Shown piece after piece: positions 24,930 through 39,140 of a DNA stretch of 64,000 bases (its first letter is position 1; each line of letters begins with the position of its first letter). The stretch comes from Octopus bimaculoides (Eukaryota), in the NCBI RefSeq assembly GCF_001194135.2, contig NC_068994.1, forward strand, positions 42,078,777 to 42,142,776, read 5' to 3'. Made by a program: the position numbers and the translations under genes. The notes beneath the pieces are model-generated. The model had not been told where the DNA came from, ran no database searches, and was given only the letters and a program-made list of their open reading frames with translations.

Positions 24930-25250
24930 AGTCATGAATGACCATGAGACAGCATCTAGAAAGTTCCCTTCTGTGGCACAAATCTGGGCAAGGTTGTTTA
25001 TGGAAGACCAGCAGTCGCCCATGAATACCAGTCTTACCTCTCTACACCATGGATGTTGTCCAAGAGAAAAGCAAAGGCTAATACGGCTTGGCACCAACGA
25101 TGCTGCAACTCATTTCTACACCTTAATGGAATGGAGTAATGTAAAATAAAGTGTCTTGCTCAAGAACACAACACACAGCCGCAACCTGGTCAAAGAACTG
25201 AACTCCCAACCTCGTGATTGTAAGCTCAATTCTCTAATTACAAAGCCATG
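24930..25250 (-). mobile_element. SINE family C
   Basis: Reverse complement of the body and head at 5862-6165. Confidence 0.7.
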
Positions 25251-25277
25251 CACCTTCAGTACTTACCATGGCTTGTA

Positions 25278-25550
25278 AGAGTAGGCATGGCTGTGTGCGT
25301 GTGTGTGTGTGTGTGTGTGCGTGTAGGTGCGCATGTGCATGTGTGTCTTTGTGTTTGTCACTCCAACAGCTTGATAATCAGTTTTGGTTTGTTTATGATC
25401 CTGTCACTTAGCAATTCCACAAAAGAGATTGATTGGATAATTACCAGACTTTAAAAAATAAGTGCTGGGATCTATTTGTTGAACTGAAACCTTTCAAGGT
25501 AGTGCTCCAGTGTGGGCACAGTCCAAGACTGAAATTAATAAAAGATAAAT
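25278..25550 (+). mobile_element. SINE family A, internally deleted
   Basis: GTAGGCATGGCTGTG start joined through (TG)n to the family A tail. Confidence 0.6.
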
Positions 25551-25654
25551 ATAAGCAGTGTCTTTTAAGTTGTCCAACACCTAGGCAAAGAAAGATAAAG
25601 AATTACGAAGTAAAGGCAAATTCTTTTGTCGTCTTATTTATAAAGATGGAGAAG

Positions 25655-25855
25655 ATGGCAAGCGGGCAGAATCACTAGCACACTAGGCAAAATACTTAGT
25701 GATATTTTCATACATCCTCTTGTTCTGAGTTCAAATTCCACCAAGGTTGACTTTGTCTTTCGTCCTTTGAGGATCAATAAAATAAGTACCAGTTGAATAT
25801 TGAGGTTGATGCAATTGACTATCCCCTTCCTCCTAATTTCTGGCCTTGTACCTAA
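25655..25855 (+). mobile_element. SINE family B
   Basis: TTCTGAGTTCAAATTCC...AAGTACCAGTT core. Confidence 0.72.
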
Positions 25856-26399
25856 AAAAACTTCACTAAAACATTTTGTAGGGTTAGAAACTTGATCTTT
25901 ACCAAATTAGGAAACCACAGATGAAAATCATATAAGGCATCATTCAATATGAATTTGCATTTCAAAGATGATTTGGTGTGAATTTAAAGGGATTTGATGG
26001 CTATTTGTGCTTTGCCAAGTTATCAAGTTAGGGTTCTTTTGTAAGCTCATTTTCTATTGTCTTTTAGATAAGTGTAGCGTAAGACCACAATATAGATGCT
26101 AACTATAAACTTAGGGTTGTAGCAATGAGCAGCTGCTATCGAAGCAATATAGCAATCCATAGAATTATACATATAATGATGGTACAAATCACATAACAGG
26201 TTTCCTAATTAATAAATCTCTTTTGAAATAAGTTAGCTATGTATATGGTAGAGCAGATGCATTATTATATTAGAAAGTTGATTAATTAGAAATTGTGAAA
26301 TTGGAAGTGGCACTCACACCTCACACTTCTAGGTGTAAATAGGTGCTGTGATGGCACATTTTATGAGAGAGAAAGAAAGAAAGAGGGAGAGAGGGGGAG

Positions 26400-26497
26400 A
26401 AGTGAGACAGAGAGCAAGCGAGAAAGAAAGGAATGATGTGTATGTTTGTGTATGTCTATGTGTATGTGTGGTGTAGCTAGATGCAAAGATAATTTGG

Positions 26498-26578
<81 letters not shown>

Positions 26579-26687
26579 TATATTTACACAATACATACAT
26601 GCATATATATGTACATATACATTTGCATACACACGCCCTTATGCATATATATCTATGTATTTGTATGTATATGTTTGTGTATGTGAT

Positions 26688-26729
<42 letters not shown>

Positions 26730-26810
26730 GCATACACATACATACACCTATATACATACAAGCACATACATTCATATGTATATACATACACATACACATA
26801 TGTATGCATA
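26400..26810. repeat. Compound (TA)n/(CA)n microsatellite
   Basis: Long perfect (TA)n near 26505-26575 with degenerate flanks. Confidence 0.95.
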
Positions 26811-26965
26811 GTTATGTGGTAAGAAGTTTGTTCTCATCCACATGGTTCTAGGTTCAGTCCCACACTGAGTAGCATTATAGGCATGTGCCTTCTACTAGAG
26901 CTTCAGGTCAACCAAAGACTTTTGAGTGGACTTGGTCAATGAAAACTGAAAGAAACTCCTCTTAA

Positions 26966-26999
<34 letters not shown>

Positions 27000-27270
27000 C
27001 CAGGAATGGCTGTGTTAAGAAGCTTGCTTTCCAACAACATGATTCCGGGTTCAGTTCCACTGTGTGGCACCTTGGGAAAGTGTCTTCTACTATAACCTTA
27101 GGTTGACCAAAGCCTTGTGAGTGAATTTGGTAGATGGGAACTGACAGAAGCCTGTCATATATATATATATGTGTGTGTGTGTGGGGGGGGGGTATATGTT
27201 TGTGTGTCTGTGTTTGTCCCCCTAATATCGCTTGACAACTGATGCTGGTGTGTTTACGTCTCCGTAAATT
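26810..27270 (+). mobile_element. Two consecutive SINE family A copies
   Basis: Heads at about 26810 and 27005. Confidence 0.72.
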
Positions 27271-27504
27271 GCGTAATGATCGGACCAACCAGTCTTATTA
27301 TAGATACAGTGCATTAGCATTCACTTCACAAGCCTGAAAAGACAGGACTGGCAAAACTGGAGTGCCTTTGATCATAAGCTTTCTTGATCAAGAAACCTAG
27401 GGGTAAACACCAACAACTAGTACTATAACAGGTCAGTTGGGTAAGAAAGATAAATATAATCTTTTTCTGGAACAATCCCCACTTCCACATTTGCAAATTA
27501 TTTT

Positions 27505-27706
27505 ACTCTTTTACTTGTTTCAGTCATTTGATTGTAGCCATGCTGGAGCACTGCCTTTAGTCAAGCAAATCAACCCCAGGACTTATTCTTTGTAAGCCTA
27601 GTACTTATTCTATTGGTCTCTTTTGCTGAACCGCTAAGTTACGGGGATGTAAACACACCAGCATTGGCTGTCAAGCAATGTTGGGAGGACAAACACAGAC
27701 ACACAA

Positions 27707-27743
<37 letters not shown>

Positions 27744-27915
27744 CATATATATGATGAGCTTCTTTCAGTTTCCGTTAACCAAATCCACTCACAAGGCTTT
27801 GTTCGGCCCGAGGTTATAGTAAAAGAGACTTGCCCAAGTTGCCACGTAGTGGGACTGAACCGGGAACCATGTGGTTGGTAAGCAAGCTACATACCACACA
27901 GCCACTCCTATGCCT
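27505..27915 (-). mobile_element. SINE family A, full length
   Basis: Complete reverse-complement tail, (CA/TA)n middle and head. Confidence 0.82.
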
Positions 27916-28599
27916 CCTTACCACACAGCCACTCCCACTCCTATTTATTTATTTATTTATTTATAAAATACCTCTCATAAAAGGACTATCAAGGGTGTCC
28001 ATAAGTCTCATTAGATTAGAGATCTGCATCTGGGAAGTGTTTTCCTTTTTTGTTTTTATAAAAGACAACTAGTTGTGCATGCATTTATGTCTCTCTTTTC
28101 TATGATCCCAATGCCAGTGCAGTTTAGTCCCAGTGCCTTCATGGGCATTACAGTTAAAATATAAAGAGCTAGAAGAGATACTGAAGGGCATTTAGTCCAA
28201 CACACAGACCATTCTGCTACAGTCTGCCACTATGTAATGGTACTTTATTCACAAACTTCCAAAAGGACGAAAGGTAATTTTGATATTGGCTGAATTCGAA
28301 CTCAGTGTGCACATATCTGAAATTAATGCCACACAACACTCAATTAGATGCTCTAACAACTATGCCACTTCACCTTATTAACAGGAGTATTCCAAACATA
28401 AACTAACGAGACATTAATATATGCTGCAATATAATTCTCCAAATAGTTAAACTAATTAGATTTCACTTCATTAATAAATGATGCACTTAATTAGCAAACC
28501 TGTCATCACTAACAACATTCAGTCCCTCATCTGATATTTGTGTCCAACAAGTAACGTATTCTATTTAAAACTTCTATCTATAAACCACTACTTTACATT

Positions 28600-29400
28600 T
28601 CTCTAAACCTACTCACTCTTACCTTCTCTTTTCAAACAATTTAAACTATAAGCTCAAGAGGACAATTCTTAGTCAAGAAACATACACCCAGTCTTTTCTC
28701 CAGAACATTTTCTTCCAAAAAATGTTCCTCTTCTTGCCCGGCAACTTGCAATCAGCATTAATTATGTTGATTTTACTGGTCTTGGAAAGCCTACAAACGC
28801 CATGGGCTCAACTACCTTCTCCAAATCAAATTAATAGAAGAAAAATTGAAACAAATTATTAAAAATCTATAAGTTTTTTTTTTAAACTAGAAAAAAAAAA
28901 TCAAATACTTATTTATTTATTAATTATTATTATTATTATTATTACTATTATTATTATTATCATTCTTTCATATTAAGTTGTGATCTGAACCTACAACTGG
29001 GTTTGTTTCCTGGCAAGGTTGATCTCATCCCTTTATATTCTTATCTTCTTTCCCTAAAAAATCTGAGATCTTCAGTTGTAAGACATTCCTTAAAAACATG
29101 AGGTTTAGAGTCTATGTAAGATAATTTTCATTTTAGACTTGGTGATACAAAATATCACATACAATTTATTTTCTTTATCAACTTCCATTTTCTGTAAAAA
29201 CCATTATGGTCACTGAAGAGCCAAATCTACAGACAGCCTGCTAATTTGTCATGCACTAGAGTTCTCTACCTTCTGCGATCTTCAGTGAAAACTATGTCAT
29301 TGATCTTGACATAAAAAAAAAGTCTGGTATACCTTTCATCTCTTAGATTAGGAATTTCCTGCGACAACATCGAAGTTTTCTACAGAAGTGTGCATCATAG
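28600..29400 (-). mobile_element. Highly decayed L1/Tx1-like LINE remnant
   Basis: Broken minus-strand frames give LFSDHN...WKL (end of APE domain) and RP...NADCKL..K (resembles the RT motif RPISLLNxDYKILAK); many stops. Confidence 0.35.
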
Positions 29401-29604
29401 GGCACTAGCATAGCTCTGGCACTAGCATAGCATAGCTAGAGTGTGTGCCGCCCAGAGTGGCCCTTCTGTTTGCTGCCCCCAAACCCCACAAAAAGCATAT
29501 AGTGCCTACAGCAATAGCCCACAACAGGATGAAAAGTGCCGTCCCATTAAAAGCACCACCTGGGGTGAACTGCCCCTACCGCCCACCCCTAGCTATACTA
29601 GTGC
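29401..29604. mobile_element. GC-rich MITE, Harbinger-like
   Basis: TIR GCACTAGCATAGCT / AGCTATACTAGTGC, left end partly duplicated; GCCGCCC/CGCCCACCCC subterminal motifs. Superfamily assignment is inference. Confidence 0.55.
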
Positions 29605-29739
29605 TCTCTGGCCAATATTCGTTCAATCCTTGTCTACTTTAAGGTTTAATTATGATTCTTACATGCATTATCAAGCCAACTTGAGGCTATAATGGTTCCA
29701 AATTTTGGTATAAGGCCAGTAATTTTGGGGGTAGTTGAT

Positions 29740-29895
29740 AACGTTGAACCCAGCACTCAACTGGTTCTTATTTATTGACCCTGGAAGGATGAAAGGCAGA
29801 GTTAACCTCAGTGGAATTTCATCTCAAAACATTAAGATGGACAAAATACCACTAAGCATTTTGACTGGCATGCTAATGATTCTGCCAGCTCACTG
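29740..29895 (-). mobile_element. SINE family B
   Basis: ACTGGTTCTTATTTATTGACCC...GGATGAAAGGCAGAGTT. Confidence 0.65.
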
Positions 29896-32800
29896 CTTTC
29901 CCAGAGGCAATAAGATAAGACATTTGTCTAAGGTATGAAGCAATGAGATCAAACTCAGACAGTATGATTGTAAAGGGGCCTTCTTATCCACCTGCCTACC
30001 ATCATCATCATCATCATCATCATTGTCATTGTCGTCATCGCTATCATTGCCATTGTGGTCATCATCATCATTATCCTCATCATTTAACGTCCATTTTCCA
30101 TGCTGCCATGGGGTAATATTTTCAAAAATGAATTCAACACTTCATGAGTTTCACAATGTCTAAACATATCCAAAAAGTTTTATCCAGGCTTTGTGACATT
30201 AAATTCGGTATTTCAGAAACTTTTCTTATCTTCTCAATTCCCTTTACATTTGTCTTGTTTGCGTTTGTTGGATTATTATTGATTTGTCTCAGTGGCTTAT
30301 TCAGGAGATAAAGAGACAGTTTCTGCAATCTCTTTGCAGGTTGGTGTTCAGCTTAAAGTATCCCTTGATCAAGCAAATCTATGATAAAATGTATTCCAGC
30401 TCGAAACATTTTACACTTTCTATGTTAAATACTGTATCAACCAATGTGTCCCTTTGTATTTTTTTATGAGGGCAGGGAGAGATTTAAGGGAATTTGGTTA
30501 TTATATTTGCATGCTAAATGACTACATGTTACCATCTTCAAAAAGAAGGGACATATCAAATAAGCTTGTTCTTGATATGAATGCATTTAGAGAAAGACGA
30601 AGTGGTTATGAATACAACACATCTGATCATTGGGCAAAGTCAGTGTTTACTAGGGCTAAACAACAACAACAACAACAATAACGACCAAGAAAGTATGTGA
30701 GTCCGATATGAGAAAAAAACACTGAGTTAAACTTGCAAAGCTGTTTATTTTTGTTAAAAAATGACATACGGGAAGTTGACTCATTTAATGTCAGAATAGC
30801 ATAAATGAAGTTGACTTTTATTTACGCTGGACAGTATAATGCTTATTTTTTCTGTATAAATTTACTAAAACCATTAATTGGTTAACTACTTTTTGAAGTT
30901 TGACGTTCATGTTGGTAATCACAGTCCAGGTCATATTTTACAATGCTTGGAGTTTCTACCTATCACAATGGAGCCCAGAAATTTCCTTAAATAGATCAAC
31001 TAAGTGTTCCAACAGAAACCTTCATTTACTTTATGCAATGTTTAATGTCATTTCACATTCGTGTTGAATTATGCAGCAACCCTATGTTCTCTTCATAGAA
31101 AAACTGTAATGTATGTATTACCAGTTCTTTTGGTATAGTAGAATTTTGCTATTCTTGTTTATGTCTCCTCACAGATGTGTATATTCTAACAAGTCACTTC
31201 TTAAATTTTGCATCTCTCTTGTTCAATAAACACTGAGTTAGACTTGCAAAGCTGTTTATTTTCTCCTTTCAATTTTTAATGTTTATTTTTGCAAGTTACC
31301 AAACTATCAGTTTGGTCTCCCGGCTAAAACAGTAATGACAAATTTTAAAGTTTACTCGACATTTTATAAGTGTGAAAGGGATTAAAATTTTGATACTCCA
31401 TATCAAAGGTTCCAACAAGAATAGGCAGAAAATCAGAGCGTGAGACAAGAAGACACTTTCGACCAATCAGAATTCTGTTTACATAATCAATTTGATCATT
31501 TACCTTCCTCTGTCAGTTGAGTAAAGTGCCATCCAAGCTGATGTTTATTGGTAATTAAACTTATTTTGCCCCACTTGTGCATATTTATCAGCTTTGTTTT
31601 TGCTGATATCAACTTTTCCTGTGGTCATGATTTGAGAAGACATACAGAAGTATGGTAAAGATCATACATAATCTCTTGTGGGCAAGAGATGTAAAATAAA
31701 GTTTATTGTAAACAACACAAGCACTTCTTAATTTGATAACTTTCAACATGATACCTGTTAAACAGAAATTATTGTTGTTTGATGAAAATTTAATAAAATC
31801 TAATCATAAGCAAATGAAATTATGCTAAATACAACTAAATTGAAGACATTTTTTTCCTGGCCATATCAGCAATTCTGAAAACTTTTGGGTGCAAATTTTA
31901 CACGAGTAGAAGCTTTTTTTTAACAGTTTTAATCCTGAAAATCACCTGTGTAAATTACACAGGTGCACAAATTACATGGGCTTGTACGGTAATTAAATCA
32001 GACATCATGATGATGATGATGATGATGTTACTCATACTTGTTTTATAAAACTTAGTAGGTTAAAAAGCAAAACATCTTTGCATTACTACTCTTTTTTGTA
32101 ATTAACTTCCATAAGATGGTTATTGCTTATAAGATATTTCCATTGTAGAAACTTATTTTTACAAATTATTTTCATTTCCCAAAACAGTACTTTACTATTC
32201 ATTTTTGATGTTACAAATTAAGAAACTGAAAAAAAATATAAAATTTCCAAACAAATTTCAAAGATACTAATTTTTCAGATAATGGTTATAATAAAGAATA
32301 ACTAACAAGTAGGATCAAATGAGAACATATTTTATATGGAAATAATAATTAGATAATAAAGAACATGTTAATCAGAGATCTGAAATAGTTACTTATGTAA
32401 TTGTATAAATTGACAAGAAGTTTAGAAATGAAATTTTCAAAGCTGAATATCTATGCCTTCTTAGACTGTAATTTTATATAAAATTAGATTTGTTTAAAGA
32501 AAATATTTAACCTGTCTCTCTTCTTAACTTTCTATGTTTTCTGTTGTGTAAATAAGACTTTAGGAATAACTTAATTATACCACAATATTTGGCTTCTCAT
32601 TTTGTTTGAATTTGTTGTAGTAATTTTCATTATTATTATTATTTTTAATATATTTTCCTTACTTTATTTTATTTTCCTTATCAGCATCAGCTTTAAATTT
32701 TCCAATCTGATACTACAATTATAATGCAAACAAGTATTTCAAAGAATAATAATTAGAAGCAAAGTATGAGTAAAGCAAAAATAAATCTCTGGAAAACACT

Positions 32801-33527
32801 AAGCAATTTTTCCTTCTCTGAATTATCTCAACAGGGTCAAGGAACATTGTTTCAATATACTTCCAAATATGAACATATTTGACCTTTGCTCTACAAAGTT
32901 GACCCCCCTCTCTCCCACCCCATCTCATTATCTCAGAAGACTATTTGTATTTACTGGAATTCGCTTATGTCTTACAAAATGAAAATGAAATCATTAAACA
33001 AATAAGGAAAACTTTCAATAACAGCTGGTGTAGTCCAAACATACAACCATCAATAATTTCTCTTTCTGATTTACAAATATTCTGTCATATCCATGATCAA
33101 TTCAATACTTTTAACCAATTACACTTTTATAAAGCTAGCTAGAATTTAATTCCGAGGAATATGGGCAGAATTCAAATATAGAAATGTAAGGTGGCAATGG
33201 ATATGTAATATATTCTTCATAATCATCATTAAACATCCTAATTTCCCATGCTTGGACTGGTCATAAAGAGTTTATTGAGGCACGGTTTCTATGGCTGAAT
33301 GTCGATTATGCTAACCCTTACCTGCTTCTAAGCAAGGTAATATGTTCCAATGGCCAGAGAAGTAATGTAAAAAAGTAAATGGAAAGCAAAAACTAAAGCT
33401 ATTACTTGCAAGTGATCTTGTAGTAAAAACATGTTTTCACTCACTGTTTTAGGGACCTATATAATCATGACCTGACATAAATACTCTCTTATTCTTCTTG
33501 CTCTTGGCACATTAAGCATGTGTTAGC

Positions 33528-33560
<33 letters not shown>

Positions 33561-33722
33561 CTTGTAAAATGTAGCAACATGAAATGAAATACTTCAAGAA
33601 CACATCACACTGCCTAGTTCAGGAATCAAACCTTTGACATTATGATGATGAACTCAACACCCTAACTATAAGGCCCTATGACTCCATTATGATGTAAAAT
33701 TTTGTGAAATCTTTTACAACCT

Positions 33723-34602
33723 TACGAGATGGTATCAAACATTTCCCAGATTTGTTCTGTAGTGTACCAACAGATGGTGGCACATAGTTGCATGCACAAT
33801 GAGAGCTAGCAATGACCTTCATGAGGCATTGTGCCAAGTGACATTTCTGTGTTTACTTTGCAAGTTGTGAAATTTATATTTTAAGCTGTAGTCTGTGGCT
33901 TTATCATGGGTAGGAACAAAGAGCCAATGTGAAATTAACTTTGGAAGTCTGCTACAGAGACATTAAGCATGCTTTGAGTAAGCTTACAGCAATCAGGCAA
34001 TGGGTTGTATGCAATGTTTCAAGTGGTGCAGGCACTTCAAAACTGGAAGAACATCCATGGAAAATGATGAGCAATCTAGAAGACCTGCTATGAGCCTCAG
34101 CCATGGAAATGTGGTACTGTGCATCAAGAATTCATCCTCCAGAGCCAGACTATAAATCGAGAGTTCTACTGTGATGTCTTGAGTTGTTTGAGGGAGGACA
34201 TTTGGTAAAAGCAACTGGATCTATGGAGCTTGAAGAATTAGATTCATCACTGAGCTCTCCTCACTTGTGAGTTTCACCAAAAGCAACATGGTATCACTTT
34301 CACAATGACCCACTTCACCGGATTGGCACCTGCAGACTTCCATCTCTTCCCCAAGATGAAAATGTAGCTCAGAGGTCACTTTTTTAACACTGTTGTCAAG
34401 ATCTAGAGTGAATTGCAGAAGGTTCTCTACTTGCTTACAGGAAATGACTTCCAGGCCAGATTCCAGAAGTAGCAGGAATACTGAGATCAGTATATTGCTG
34501 TACAAGGTGACTATTTGAAAAGAGATGAGGTTAAAACTTAGGTAAATAAGTTATTTTTTTATGAAACATAACTTGTCTGGGAACCTTTCGATACCATTCA
34601 TA
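33723..34602 (+). mobile_element. Internally deleted mariner (Hsmar2/irritans-like TIR), copy 1
   Basis: TA-CGAGATGGTATCAAAC...TGGGAACCTTTCGATACCATTCA-TA; remnants of the ...DLAPADFHLFPKMK motif. Confidence 0.82.
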
Positions 34603-35534
34603 TAAAAAGTGATGACGGAAGAGAACTATCAACCACATCACTCATCAATCTTGTCTGACTTGGAAAGCTTGTGCAAGAGATGGGCACAACAACTTTCTCT
34701 AGATGAAACTAGTAAGGGAGTTGCACTAAAGAATGAGAAATAAACCCATCCCACCCTGCCTATGGTTGTAATACCATCTATCATAGATATCATTTGTAGT
34801 GTGTTGGCATTCTCTTCTCAGCAGCAATATAAACTGAAATGCATTCATCCTGAAATATTGCTTTCTCTTTACATCATGGCACATGATCTTACCTAAATCT
34901 ATAAACTTTGCAAAATCATTTTGTTTGCCAACTAGTTTTTATTTTTATTTTATTACCTCAAATGGTACTACTTTATTTAGCATTATGCCAGAAGAAATCA
35001 AAGATGGAAAAATTTCATAAGATTTAAAACTGTGCTTAGAAAAATTCCTTCAAGACATATTAAACAAACCACTGAGTACCAGATACATTTTAGCCAGCAA
35101 CCACAACATTGGACTCTGTAAATTTATTTATTGTATAATGTGGTGTTGATGGAGATAAGGGAATGAGAATTGATGAGCATGTGTGCTCATTGTAGCATGC
35201 ACATGCTGACAGCCACAGCATTAAAAATAAATGTAGTAAAATCAACAGCAGCACTAAGGCAAACAACAGCAACAGTAACAACAAGAATAAATACAGCAGC
35301 AACAAGAACAGCTGCATCAACAACAGTAGCAGTAGAAACAGCTCTTGACTTGTATAAGCTGTGGTGTCCCATAATATGGCTTCTCTCCTTCAGTGCTCAA
35401 ATTACTCTGCCAAATGTAAAGCTTATTTATTCATATTGTTTTGAATTAATCATGTATTGTCTCATAGCTTTGAGATTTTAATGATGTTATTGTCTATTTT
35501 TAGGATGACATTATTGGGTAGGGGTGAGAGGTTA

Positions 35535-35690
35535 GTTTTGTGTGGTAAGAAACTTGCTTCCAAACCTAGCGGTTCTGGGGTCTGACCCACAACATGGTAC
35601 CTCGGGCAAGTGTCTTCATTTACAGCTTTAAGCCAACCAGAGCCTTGTCATGGATTTGTTAGACAGAAACTAAAAGAAGCCTGTTGTGTG
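35535..35690 (+). mobile_element. SINE family A head
   Basis: TGTGTGGTAAGAAACTTGCTTCC...GGGCAAGTGTCTTC. Confidence 0.65.
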
Positions 35691-35934
35691 TGTGTGCATG
35701 CGCATGTGCATGTTCGCGTGTGTGTGTGAGTATATGTGTGTGTGTGTCATATTTCTTTGTCCTCTATATTTACTTCAAAACAACAGTAGTGTTCCTATCT
35801 CAACATTATAGATATATATACATATTTACAATATATTGCTGGCTGGAGTGGATCTTGGCTATTATTCTGGCAACCAGGTACTCACAACTAAAGATAAGCC
35901 AATCAGCTCAAAATATATCTGTTATCTTGTTTTC

Positions 35935-36110
35935 AGTTATTGGACTGTAACCATGCAAGTGCACTGCCTTGAAGGATCTAGTCAAACAAATCTACCCTTG
36001 TACTATTCTTTAGGTCTGGTTGTTATTCTGTTGGTCTCTTTTGCCAAACCACTAAGTTGTGGAGTCTTAAATAAATCAACATAGGTCACCAAGCAGTGTA
36101 GGGTGGGCAA
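35935..36110 (-). mobile_element. SINE family A tail
   Basis: TTTCAGTTATTGGACTGTAACCATGC...GGTCTCTTTTGCCAAACCACTAAG. Confidence 0.6.
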
Positions 36111-36125
36111 CCAACTCAAACACAG

Positions 36126-36158
<33 letters not shown>

Positions 36159-36371
36159 CACACATACACACAGACTCACATACATGCAGGCACATATGCA
36201 CATACACACACACATGCATGCACACTCTCACATGAACACTCACACACACACAAACATACACATACACACACATGCTTAAATGAGAAAAACACGTGTAAAT
36301 GCTTCTGTTTAAATGGCTCATAAACATATGACAAAACTTTCTCTGACTTCTTTCCTATGTCATCGTTGCTA

Positions 36372-36602
36372 TTGACCCTTTAGCATTTTGATTACTCCGT
36401 CAAATGTTATGCTTATTTATTTATGCTGTCTTGAATTAATCATGCATTATCTTATAGCTTCAAAATTTCAAAAAATGTGATTCATTATTTTTAGAATGGA
36501 CATTGTAAGGTAGGTATGAGAGGCCAAATCTGGCTCATTTGAACTTAGAACAGGTAGAATATTCGGGCCAGATATGGTTGGTTTAAAATGCTAAAGGGTT
36601 AA
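36372..36602. mobile_element. piggyBac-like MITE
   Basis: TTGA-CCCTTTAGCATT ... AATGCTAAAGGG-TTAA; CCC termini with a TTAA-type target. Confidence 0.72.
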
Positions 36603-36614
36603 TAATATTACACT

Positions 36615-36656
<42 letters not shown>

Positions 36657-37169
36657 CAGCAGCATCGAGAAAGTTTACTTTGGTAACAATAACAATATTC
36701 ATGAAAATAATGAATGTAATGATGATGATGACGATGACGATGACAACAACGATGAAGATGATGATGACTAATATGATAACGGTGATGATGACATTAATGA
36801 AGGTCAAATAATGGAAAAAGAATTCCACTAAACGATAACAATTGCCATGTTATTGAAGCTGTTCAAAATAATCCTAAGTGCTGCTACCTTCTTTTCAATA
36901 TTGTTTACAGAGTTTTATATTATTTTCTCATCCAGTTTTTTTATTTTTTTATTTTTACCGGTCATATTATCAACATCTATTTATATCTTCAAGAGAGTTG
37001 ACTCTAAAGGGGAGGTGGGGGGGGGGGAATGTTTTGACAAATTTTCTTGAGAACAACATGAAAACAACTCATAATAGCATAGATTACCACACACATACAT
37101 GCATATATATATACATATTTCTGTTTCTACATTTATCAATGTATATGTATGCATATATGTGTATATGTG

Positions 37170-37210
<41 letters not shown>

Positions 37211-37217
37211 ATGTATG

Positions 37218-37259
<42 letters not shown>

Positions 37260-37269
37260 NNNNNNNNNN

Positions 37270-37303
<34 letters not shown>

Positions 37304-37310
37304 ATGTATG

Positions 37311-37357
<47 letters not shown>

Positions 37358-37997
37358 ATGTATGTATGTATGTATATACTCATGTGCACCCATGGAAGCC
37401 ATTAAATATGGCTGAACTAACCAAACAAATTTCTGGATCAATCTCAACCTGTTTGCATTTGGTATCCAGACAAATCTGTACATGCTGGGAGAAGCAGATC
37501 CTCAAAAATATTATAATCGTTGATGTTGTTGCTGTTGTTGTAGTTGTTATCATCGTGCCTCTTGATAACAACATTTTATTTCAAAGCATTACCAAATAAG
37601 ATTTTGTTTATAGTACTTGCAAAAAAAAAAAGAACTATAATTAATTGCCTAAAGAAGCAGGCTGCCCTTGATACTTAGGAATAGAGAGCAGATACAGAAA
37701 GAAAAAAAGAGGTTTTTGCTTCACAGACATTTAAAATTTTATTTACACACTTTATATTTTCACATCCAAAATTGCTACCATGCATATGGCAGCATGGTAG
37801 CTAAAGAACATTGCAAAAATATGAAGAAATCAAAAAATATAGTGAACAATTAATCAAAGGAAATGCTGCGAATGCTCAAGTAATTTGGAAGGCAGTGAGT
37901 AACAGTAATAACAACAACAAATTAGCAACTCTTGTATTATTCCAAATAGTGTGCTCCCTTCATACATCAACTATATGAAAACAAACCGTCTTTCAAT

Positions 37998-38170
37998 ATC
38001 ATCATCATCGTTTAACGTCCGCTTTCCATGCTAGCATAGGTTGGACAATTTGACAGAGGACTGGTGAACCAGATAGCTACACCAGGCTCCAATCTGATTT
38101 GGCAGAGTTTCTACAGCTGGATGCCCTTCCTAACGCCAACCACTCAGAGAGTGTAGTGGGTGCTTTTACT
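37998..38170 (-). mobile_element. RTE LINE 3' end fragment
   Basis: Nearly identical to 19513-19690. Confidence 0.8.
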
Positions 38171-38389
38171 GACACAATGACATACATGCACAGATGTATA
38201 CACATATATATATATGATAGGCTTCTTTCAGTTTCTTTCAAGCATCTTACCCGACAGACACACCTAAAAACTACACATCTCTGTTGTCGCAGGACTCTTC
38301 AAAGAAACTTTGATAACACAAACACAACTAGGTTCAGAATGTAAAAACCATATTTATATTGTGATTGGTAGTAATATTAAAACTAAGTC

Positions 38390-38600
38390 AAGGTAGTGAA
38401 CTGGTAGAACTGTTAGCATACGAGGCAAAATGCTTAGTGGTATTTCGTCCATCTTTAGGTTCTGAATTCAAATTCTGCCACAATTGACACTTTGTCTTTC
38501 ATCGTTTCAGGATCAATAAAATGAGTACCAGTTCAGCTCTGGAGGCAATGCAGTTGAGTTACCCTTCCCACCGAAATTGCTGGTCTTGTTCCAAAACTTG
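38390..38600 (+). mobile_element. SINE family B
   Basis: AAGGTAGTGAACTGGTAGAAC...TTCTGAATTCAAATT...GAGTACCAGTT. Confidence 0.68.
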
Positions 38601-38859
38601 AAACAAATATTAAAATTAAATTATTATACTGAACTTAAAAAAGAAACAGAATATTTCAAGATGTTGATGTTTAAATATCTCAAAAAAAAAACCAGAAAAG
38701 AAAGAAATAGTGCATGTTCATGCATTTTGTTTAACTTGAGCAAAACTGGAGAAATGGTGAAGTAAACAAGATCATGGCATACTCATCTCAACTAGTCAGC
38801 AACGGTTCAGGTTTTTATTTCTTTAAATTATATCTTGTTTTAATTAGTGTGTGTTTGAC

Positions 38860-38989
38860 TGTGCTTTCTTTATTTCCATGCAGATATGCATGTGTGTCTG
38901 CATATATACATATGTACACACACACACACATATATATACTAGTAATATTTACACACACACACATATATATGTATACATGTATATATGTG

Positions 38990-39035
<46 letters not shown>

Positions 39036-39140
39036 CACATACATATATATGTATACACATACATACACACAACATATATATCTATATATATATATATATG
39101 TATGTACGTACATATATATATATGCATGTCTACAACATGC
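38860..39140. repeat. Compound (TA)n/(CA)n microsatellite
   Basis: Visible arrays. Confidence 0.93.

Noticed and set aside
29347-29400. Plus-strand exon candidate IRNFLRQHRSFLQKCAS* after a pyrimidine-rich acceptor
   Set aside because: Lies in an apparent minus-strand L1/Tx1 remnant and ends at a MITE boundary; not supportable as an exon.
29441-29692. GC-rich 83-aa ORF
   Set aside because: Falls within a TIR-bounded MITE.
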